A stretch of DNA of 64,000 nucleotides, taken from contig NC_045697.1 in the NCBI RefSeq assembly GCF_009834535.1, forward strand, positions 120,344,001 through 120,408,000, read 5' to 3'. Under the pieces are notes generated by a model. That model did no database searches and was not told where the DNA came from. It worked only from the letters and a program-made list of their open reading frames with translations. The DNA comes from Camelus ferus. Taxonomy: Eukaryota. The position numbers were made by a program, and so were the translations under genes. This document shows, in pieces, positions 54,901 through 64,000 of the stretch (within the stretch, counting starts at the first letter, position 1; every line of letters starts with the position of its first letter).

Positions 54901-56593
54901 ACAGTCAATCTCTGGGCACTCGTTGCTACTTGGCTTTCCAGCCGAACCGCCAGCTTTCCCTCGCAGCCCGCCCTGGAAAACACTCAGAGATTCTAAGTTA
55001 ATGGTTCTATTGGAACACAAGCACTGCAGACCATTGTAGGAACCTCCGCACACGCAGGATAACAGAAAAATTTTTTGTGTCTCATTGAGATGGTAAAAGC
55101 TCCACGCATGTTTCAGGGTGTACTGGTGTTCCTAGGTTGTGGGAGGTCAGATACATCACACTACATCCCATGGGGAAGTACTCGTTCCTGCTTGGCTTTG
55201 CAGCACATCCCCCAGTTTCCTATGCAACCCAGCCTGAGAAAACAATCAGGAAATATAGCTAAAGTTTCTATCAGAACCCCGGTGCTGCAGTCAGTTCTAG
55301 GAACTTCCACACACACAGGATTACGAAACACTGCTTTGCTTGGTAGAGATTTGAAGCCCCAATCCACACACATGGCTGGGGCACAAGTATTTCCCTGTTA
55401 GGGAGAAGTCCGCTAATTAGTTCTACAGTCCATCTCGGGCACCCGCTGCTCCTTGGAATTCCAGACCAACCCACATGGTTCCCTTGCAGTCCGGCCTGGG
55501 GTAACACAGAGGGAAAACAAGCTATTTGTGCTATTGGATCCAATGCCCTGCTGACAATTGTGGAAAACTTCGAACACTCAGGATAACAATACATATCTTT
55601 CTGTGTGTGATTAAGTAGGAAAACACACTCCAGGCATTATTCTGGTGATCCAGGTTTTCCCAGGTTTGGAGATGTCGGCTAGATTCCTTCAGTGCCCATG
55701 CGGTGGCACTGTCTTCTTCTTCGTTTTCAAGCCCAACTCCCAGCTTTCCCATGCAGCCCGGACATGAGAAACACCTATGGATGACAAATAAGTGATACAA
55801 TCAGAACCCCGGCGTTACTGTCTCTTCGAGGAACCTCCAAAACTTCAGGATTCTGGAACAAGTCTTTGAGTGTGGGGAGTTGTGGAACCCCAATTCACGC
55901 AGATGAATGGGGTCACAGATTTATCCCTGTTAGGGAGAAGTCTGCTAATTACCTCCACAGTGCATCTTGGGGCACTCGCTGCTTCTTAGATTGTCAGCCT
56001 ATCCCCCAGTTTTCACTCACAGCCCGGGCTTGTAAAACACTCACTGATAATAAGCTAGGTTTCTATTGGAACCCAGGTGCTGCAGACAATTGTAGGACCT
56101 TCCCCACACTGAGAATAACAGAACAATGCTTAGAGTGTCTGATTTAGATGGGTAAACTAAATCAACGCATCTTTCAGGTTGTATAGGCTTTCCTAGGTTG
56201 TGGGATTTCGGATATTTACATCCACTCTCCATGGGGAGTCCCTTGTAGTTTCTTGTTTTCCAGCCTAACCCCCAGAGTTCCCTTGCATCCCGGCCTGTGA
56301 AAACACTCAGGGATAAAAAGCTACAGTTTCTATAAGGACTAAGGCGCTCCTGACAGTTGTAGAAACCTCCCTACAGTAAGGAAAACAGAACACAGCTTTG
56401 TGTGTGTGATGGAGTAGGAAAACACAGTAAGGCATATATCTGGTGTGCAGGTGTTCGCAGGATGGGAAATGTTGGCTAATTACCTCCACTGCCCATGGGG
56501 AAGCACTCTATTCTTCTTCGATATCCAGCCCTAATCCTAGCATTCCCTTGCAGCCCGACCATGGAAAACACCCAGGGATGACAAACTAAATCA
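45985..56593 (+). repeat. 40-mer structural variant of the 32-mer HOR (extra 8-monomer block B C N D E F G H)
   Basis: Length 10609 = 40 x 265.2 (ORF analogues 46322 vs 56931). B..H occurs twice in succession, at ~51290-53406 and ~53407-55529. Confidence 0.9.
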
Positions 56594-59500
56594 TTCTATC
56601 AGAACCAGGGCGCTGCTGTATGTTGGAGGAACCTCCAAACTCTCAGGAATCCGGAACACGGATTTGCTTGGTGTGAATTGTGAAGCCCCACAGCACACTC
56701 ATTACTGGGGCCCAAGATTTTCCCTTTTAGGGCCAAGTCCGCTAATTACCACCATAGTCTATCTCGGGGCACTCTCTGCTGCTTGGATTTCCAGCCCAAA
56801 CCCAAACTTTCACACGCACCCCGGCCTGGGAATACACACAGGGAAAATATGTTATTGGTTATAACGGAACCCAGTCTCTACCTACAGTTGTAGGTACCTT
56901 CCCACAACTAGGATAAAAGAAAAAACATTTGTGTGTCTGATGGAGATGGGAAAAACAAACTCCAAGCATATATCAGGGGGCTTAGTTGTTCCAAGGTTGG
57001 GGGACGTCGGAAAATTACCTCAAATTGTCATGGGGAGTAACTCGCTGCTGCTACGAATTACAGCCAAGCCCACAGTTTTACCTCGCAGCCAGGCCTGTGA
57101 AAACACTCACGGAAAACAAAATACTGGTGCTACTAGAACCCAGGCGATGCTGAAAGATGTAGAATCCTCCCCACACTCAGGATAGCAGAACAAATTTTTG
57201 TGTGTGTGATGGTGTAGGAAAATACACTCCAGGCATGTTTCTGGGGGTACAGCTGTTCCCAGGTTTGGAGATGTCACCTAATTACCTCCACTTCCAATGG
57301 GGAGGCAATCTATACTTCTTCGCTTTCCAGACCAACTCCTAGGTTACCTTTGAAGCCCGGCCTAAGAATTCACCTAGGGATGACAATATTAGTGATTCTA
57401 TCAGAACCCCCGCTCTGCTGCCTTTTGGAGGTACAACACACACTCAATTTCCGGAACATGGCTTTGCTTGGTGGAGGTGTGGAGACCAACTCCACAAGAT
57501 GACTGGGGGCACATTTTCTCTCTGTTTTGGAGAAGTCCGCTAATTAACTCTACAGTCAATTTCTGGGCAATCCTTGCTACTTGGCTTTCCAGCCGAACCC
57601 CCATTTTCCCTCGCAGCCCGCCCTGGAAAACACTCAGAGATTATAAGCTAGTGTTTCTATTGGAACCAAGGCACTGCAGACCGTTGTAGGAAGCTCCACA
57701 CACGAAGGATAACAGAACACCTTTTTCTGTCTGATTGAGATGGTAAAAACTCCACGCATGTTTCAGGGGGTACAGGTTTTCCTAGATTGGGGGAGGTCAG
57801 ATTATTCCCATTAATGCCCATGTGGAGGTAATCGCTCCTGCTTGGATTTCCATCCCATCCCCCAGTTTCCCTTGCAACCAGGTCAGAGAAAACAGTCATG
57901 AAATTTAGCTAAAATTTCTATTAGAACCCAGGCGCTGCTGACAGTTGTAGAAACCTCCCCATACACAGGGTAACAGAACACTTCTTTGTGTGTGTGATGG
58001 AGTAGGAAAACACTGTCCATGCATGTTCCCGGGGTGCAAGTGTAACCAAGTTGGGAGACGTTGGCTAAGTATCTCCGCAGCGCATGTGAAGGCACTCAGT
58101 TTTCTTCGTTTTCAAGCCCAACACCCAGCATTCCCTTGCAGCCCGGACAAGTGAAACACCCAGGGATGAAAAACTAAGTGATTCTATCAGTACCACGGCG
58201 CTGCTGTCTGTTGGAGGTACCTCCACACACACAGGATTAACAAACAAGTCTTTACTTGGGGGAATTGTGAAGCCCCACTCCACACACATGGCTGGGGTCA
58301 CAAGTTTTCCCTGTAAGGTAGAATTCCGCTAATTACCTCTACAGACCATCGTGGGGCACTCGTTGCTACTTGGAATTCCATCCCAACCCCCAGGTTTCCC
58401 TTGCAGCCCGGCCTGGGGAAACAAAAATGGAAAAGAATCTATAGGTTCTAATAGTACACATGCGCTGCTGAAAATTGTGAAAAACTTCGAACACTCATGG
58501 TAACAGAGCACATCTTTCTCTGTGTGATGCAGTAGTAAAACACAATCCAGGCATTTTTATGGGGATCCAGTTATTCCCATGTTGGGAGATGTCGGCTAGT
58601 TTCCTTCACTGCCCATGGGGATGCATTGACTTCTTCTTCGTTTTCAAGCCCAACTCCCAACTTTCCCTTGCATCCCGGTCTTGTATTATACCCAGGGATG
58701 ACATTCTAATTGATTTTATCAGAGCTACGATGCTGCTGTCTTTTTTAGGAACTTCCAGAATCTTAGGATTCTGGATCACGGCTATGCTTGGGGGTAGGTA
58801 TGGAGATGCAAACCACAGAGATGGCTGGGGGCTCAGGTTTTTCCCTGTTAGGGAGATGTCCGCTAATTACCTCCACAGTCCATCTCGGGTCACTCACTGC
58901 TACATGGCTTTCCAGCGCAAGTGCAGCTTTCCTTCGAAGGCCGGCCTGGGAAAACAATCAGGGATAATAAGCCAGTGGTTCTATTGGAACCCAGGTGCTG
59001 CAGAACATTGTAGGATACTCCCCACACCCAGGAAAAAAGAACACTTTTTGTGTGTCTCATGCAGTTTGGTAAACAAACTCCACCAGTTTTCCAGGGGGTT
59101 AAGGTGTTCCTAGTTAATGGGATTTCGTGTAATTCCCTCCAATGCCCATGGGGAGGCACTCGCTCCTGCATGGATTTCCAGCCCAACCCCCAGCTTTCCC
59201 TCTCAGCCCGGCCTGGGAAATCACTCAGGGATAATATGCTATTGGTTTTATTGGAACCCAGTGGCTACCTATCGTTGTAGGCTCCTTCCCACATCTGGGA
59301 TAACAGAAGAAATCTTTGTTTGTCTGATGGAGATGGGTAAACAAACTCCACGCATGTTTCAGGGGGCACAGGTGTTCCAAGGCTGTGGGACGTCGGAAAA
59401 TAACCTCAAATTCTCCTGGGGTGTATCTCACTGCTTCTACGAATTACAGCCAAACCCACAGATTTACCTCGCAGCTAGGCGTGTGAAAACACTCACGGAA

Positions 59501-62500
59501 AATAAAATACTGATGCTATTAGAACCCAGGCCCTGCTGATATTTGTATAATCCTCCCCACTCTCAGGATAGCAGAACACATCTTTGTGTGTCTGATAGTG
59601 GAGAAAAATACACTCCAGGCATATTTCTGGTGGTACAGCTTTTCCCAGGATTGGAGATGTCGCCAAATTACCTCCACTGCCAATGGGGAGGCAATCTATA
59701 CTTCTTCGCTTTGCAGACCATCTCCCAAACTTCCTTACAGCCCGGCCTAAGAAAACACCTAGGGATGACAATATTAGAGATTCTATGAGAAACCCGGCGC
59801 TGCTGTCTGTTGGAGGTACAAAACAGACTCAAATTCCGGAGCAAGTATTTGCTTGGGGGAGGTGTAGAGCCCCACACCACACAGATGCCTGGAGTCACAG
59901 ATTTTCCTTGTTTATGAGAAGTCTGCTAATTACCTCTGCAGTCAATCTCTGGGCAGTCATTTCTACTTGGCTTTCCAGGCGAACCCCCAGGTTTCCCTCG
60001 CAGCCCGCCCTGGTAAACACTCAGAAATAATAAGTAAATTGTTCTATTGGAACACAAGCACTGCAGACCGTTGTAGGAACCTCCGCACACGCAGGATAAC
60101 AGAAAAAATTTTTTGTGTCTCATTGAGATGGTAAAAGCTCCACGCATGTTTCAGGGTGTACTGGTGTTCCTAGGTTGTGGGAGGTCAGATACATCCCACT
60201 ACAGCCCATGGGGAATATACTCACTCCTGCTTGGCTTTCCAGCCCATACCCCAGTTCCTATGCAACCCAGCCTGAGAAAACAATCAGGAAATATAGTTAA
60301 ATTTTCTATCAGGACCCCGGTGCTGCAGTCTGTTTTAGGAACTTCCACACACACAGGATTCCCAAACACGACTTTGCTTGGAAGAATTTTGAAGCCCCAA
60401 TCCACACACATGGCTGGGGGAACAAGTTTTTCCCTGTTAGGGAGAAGTCCGCTAATTAGCTCTACAGTCCATCTCGGGCACCCTCTGCTACTTGGAATTC
60501 CAGCCCAACCCCCATGTTTCCTTTGCAGCCCGGCCTGGTGTAACACAGAGGGAAAAGTAGCTATTGGTGCTATTTGAACCCATGCCAGGCTGACAATTGT
60601 GGAAACCTTCGAACACTCAGGATAACAGAACATATCTTTCTGTGTGTGATGGAGTAGGAAAACACACTCCAGGCATTTTCCTGGGGATCCAGGTTTTCCC
60701 AGGTTGGGAGATGTCGGCTAGATTCCTTCAGGGCCCATGGGGGGGCACTGTATTCTTCTTCGTTTTCAAGCCCAACTCCCAGCTTTCCCTTGCAGCCCGG
60801 ACAAGTGAAACACCCATGGATGACAAATAAGTGATTCTGTCACAACCACGGCGTTGCTGTCTGTTGGAGGAACCTCCAAACCTTCAGGATTCTGGAACAC
60901 GTCTTTGAGTGTGGGGAGTTGTGGAACCCCAATCCACGCAGATGGATGGGGTCACAGAAATGTCCCTGTTAGGGAGAAGTCCGCTAATAACCCCCACAGT
61001 GCATCTTGGGGCACTCGCTGCTTCTTAGATTTTCAGTCTATCCCCCAGTTTTCACTCGCAGCCCGGCCTTGAAAACACTCAGTGCTAATAATCTAGGTTT
61101 CTATTGGAACCCAGGTGCTGCAGACAATTGTAGGAACCTCCCCACACTCAGAATAACAGAACAATACTTTGAGTGTCTGATTTAGATGGGTAAACTAAAT
61201 CATCGCTTGTTTGAGGTTGTATAGGCGTACCTCGGTTGTGGGAAGTCGGATATTTACATCCACTGTCCATGGTGAGTCCCTTGAAGTTGCTTGGATTCCA
61301 TCCCAACCCCCAGCGTTCCTTCGCATCCCGGCCTGTGAATACACTCAGGGAAAAAAGCTACAGTTTCTATAAGAACTAAGGCGCTCCTGACAGTTGTAGA
61401 AACCTCCCTACACTAAGGAAAACAGAACACATCTTTGTGTGTGTGATGGAGTAGGAAAACACAGTAAGGCATGTCTCTGGGGTGCAGGTGTACGCAGGAT
61501 GTGAAATTTTGGTTAATTACATCCACTGCCCATGGGGAAGCCCTCTATTCTTCTTCGATATCCAGGCCTAATCCTAGCATTCCCTTGCAGCCCGACCGTG
61601 GAAAACACCCAGGGATGACAAACTAAATCATTCTATCAGAACCAGGGCGCTGCTGTATGTTGGAGGAATATCCAAACACTCAGGATTAACAAACATGTCT
61701 TTGCTTGGTGCGAATTGTGAATCCCCAAAGCACACTCATTGCTGGGGCCCAAGATTTTCCATTTTAGGGCCAATTCCGCTAAATTGCTCCATAGTCCATC
61801 TCGGGGCAACCGCTGCTACTTGGATTACCAGCCCAAACCATAGATTTCCCTCACAGCCCGTCCCTGGGAAACACACAGGGAAAAGAATCTACAGGTGCTA
61901 TTAGAACAAATGCTCTGCTGACAATTTTGGAAAACTTCGAACACTCATGATAACAGAGCACATCTTTCTGTGTGTGATGGAGTAGTTAAACACACACCAG
62001 GCATTTTTCTGGGTATCCAGTTTTTCCCAGGTTGGGAGATGTCGACTAGATTCCTTCAATGCCCATGTAGATGCATTGAATTCTTCTTCGTTTTCAAGCC
62101 CAACTCCCAAATTTCCCTTGAATCCCGGTCTTGGATTATACCGAAGGATGACAGTCTAAGTGATTTTATCAGATCTACGGTGCTGCTGTATTTTGTAGGA
62201 AATTCCATACACATAGGATACTGGATCACGGCTTGGTTTGCGGGTAGCTTTGGAGTCCCACACCACATAGATGGCTGGGGGCACAGGTTTTTCCCTGTTA
62301 GGGAGATGTCCGCTAATTACCTCCACAGTCCATCTCGGGTCACTCGCTGCTACATAGCTTTCCAGCGCAATCGCAGCATTCCCTCGCAGGCCGGCCTGGG
62401 AAAAAAATCAGGGAAAATAAGCCAGTGGTTCTATTGGAACCCAGGTGCTGCAGAACATTGTAGGATACTCCCCACAACCAGGAAAAGAGAACACTTCTTT

Positions 62501-64000
62501 GTGTGTCTCATGCAGTTTGGTAAACAAACTCCACGCATGTTTCAGGGGGTTAAGGTGTTCCTAGTTAGTGGGATTTCGGGTAATTACCTCCAATGCCCAT
62601 GGGGAGGCACTCGCTCCTGCTTGTCTTTCCAGCCAAACCCCCAGTTTTCCCTCTCAGCCCGGCTTGGGAAAACACTCAGGGATAATATGCTATTGGTTGT
62701 ATTGGAACACAGGCGCTACCTACAGTTGTAGGCTCCTTCCCACATCTGGGATAACAGAAGAAATCTTTGTGTGTCTGATGGAGATGGGTAAACAAACTCC
62801 ACGCATGTTTCAGGGGGCACAGGTGTTCCAAGGCTGTGGGAGGTCGGAAAATTACCTCAAATTCTAATGGGGTGTATCTCACTGCTGCTACATATTACAG
62901 CCAAGCCCACAGGTTTACTTCGCAGCTAGGCATGTGAAAACACTCACGGAAAAGAATAGACTGCTGCTATTAGAACCCAGGCGCTGCTGATATTTGTAGA
63001 ATCCTCCCCACACTCAGGATATCAGAACACATCTTTGTGTGTGTGATGGTGTAGAAAAATACACTCCAGTCATTTTCCTGGTGGCACAGCTGTTCCCAGG
63101 TTTGGAGATGTCGCCAAAATACCTCCACTGCCAATGGGGAGGCAATCTATACTTCTTCGCTTTGCAGACAATCTCCCAAATTTCCCTTACAGTCCGGCCT
63201 AAGAAAACACCTAGTGATGGCAATATTAGTGATTCTATGAGAAACACGGCGCTGCTGTCTGTTGGAAGTACAACACAGACTCAAAACTCCAGAGCAAGGA
63301 TTTGCTTGGGGGAGGTGTGGAGCCCCACACCACACAGATGACTGTGGTCACAGATATTCCTTGATTATTACAAGTCTGCTAATTAACTCTACAGTCAATC
63401 TCTGGGCACTCGTTGCTACTTGGCTTTCCAGCCGAACCGCCAGCTTTCCCTCGCAGCCCGCCCTGGAAAACACTCAGAGATTCTAAGTTAATGGTTCTAT
63501 TGGAACACAAGCACTGCAGACCATTGTAGGAACCTCCGCACACGCAGGATAACAGAAAAATTTTTTGTGTCTCATTGAGATGGTAAAAGCTCCACGCATG
63601 TTTCAGGGTGTACTGGTGTTCCTAGGTTGTGGGAGGTCAGATACATCACACTACATCCCATGGGGAAGTACTCGTTCCTGCTTGGCTTTGCAGCACATCC
63701 CCCAGTTTCCTATGCAACCCAGCCTGAGAAAACAATCAGGAAATATAGCTAAAGTTTCTATCAGAACCCCGGTGCTGCAGTCAGTTCTAGGAACTTCCAC
63801 ACACACAGGATTACGAAACACTGCTTTGCTTGGTAGAGATTTGAAGCCCCAATCCACACACATGGCTGGGGCACAAGTATTTCCCTGTTAGGGAGAAGTC
63901 CGCTAATTAGTTCTACAGTCCATCTCGGGCACCCGCTGCTCCTTGGAATTCCAGACCAACCCACATGGTTCCCTTGCAGTCCGGCCTGGGGTAACACAGA
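56594..64000 (+). repeat. 32-mer HOR copy, truncated by the window end, carrying the variant B*/C* third module
   Basis: P at 56594, A' at 58182, P' at 61631, then B* C* N D E F G H; 61940-64000 matches 53450-55510 at offset 8490. Confidence 0.88.

Larger units (their letters stand above)
1..64000. repeat. Tandem satellite DNA array, about 265-bp monomer, about 241 copies, all in one orientation
   Basis: Anchor motif ttctat(c/t)(a/g)gaacc recurs at 88, ~355, ~621, ~886, ~1153, ~1421, ~1683, ~1945 and onward to the end. Motifs such as gctaattacctcc and gcagcccggcctgggaaaacactcaggga recur with the same period. No unique sequence seen. Confidence 0.98.

Noticed and set aside
1..64000. CRISPR array or other repeat-spacer system
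   Set aside because: There are no unique spacers and no cas-like ORFs; the entire unit is homologous between repeats.
1..64000. Tandem RNA gene cluster (5S, tRNA, snRNA, snoRNA) or KRAB zinc-finger exon array
   Set aside because: No recognisable structural RNA sequence or Pol III A/B boxes, and no 84-bp period or C2H2/TGEKP pattern.
1..64000. Assignment to a named satellite: alpha satellite (171 bp) or the roughly 268-bp aye-aye DMA2 family
   Set aside because: Alpha satellite does not fit the period. For DMA2 I recall only a similar length and cannot confirm sequence homology without a search.
1..64000. Transposon insertions or inversions interrupting the array
   Set aside because: The ~265-bp phase and orientation hold throughout; no poly(A) tail, target-site duplication or foreign segment was seen.

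Overview
The whole 64 kb is one uninterrupted, head-to-tail, single-orientation satellite array of about 241 diverged monomers of about 265 bp. I found no credible protein-coding gene, RNA gene, transposon insertion, inversion or CRISPR array; the ORF track simply repeats with the satellite. The structure is a layered higher-order repeat (HOR) system, organised like primate alpha satellite but on a different, unidentified monomer. Monomers fall into three classes, labelled here X, Y and Z, with about 15 position-specific subtypes (A-N, P). Left domain (1-19980): three copies of a 25-mer HOR of about 6.63 kb, made of a 12-mer plus a 13-mer. Transition zone (19981-29007): two 13-mers that carry an extra monomer, then a truncated unit with a sharp junction near 28215. 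Right domain (29008-64000): a 32-mer HOR of about 8.49 kb (6+13+13), including one 40-mer variant whose crossover point maps to 53446-53457. Patchy out-of-register exchange tracts, CpG-biased substitutions and dense short dyad symmetry are visible; I saw no canonical CENP-B box. The best interpretation is (peri)centromeric heterochromatin of a CpG-methylating eukaryote, probably a vertebrate; species and centromere function cannot be established from sequence alone. All alignments were done by eye, so boundaries are approximate to a few bp.
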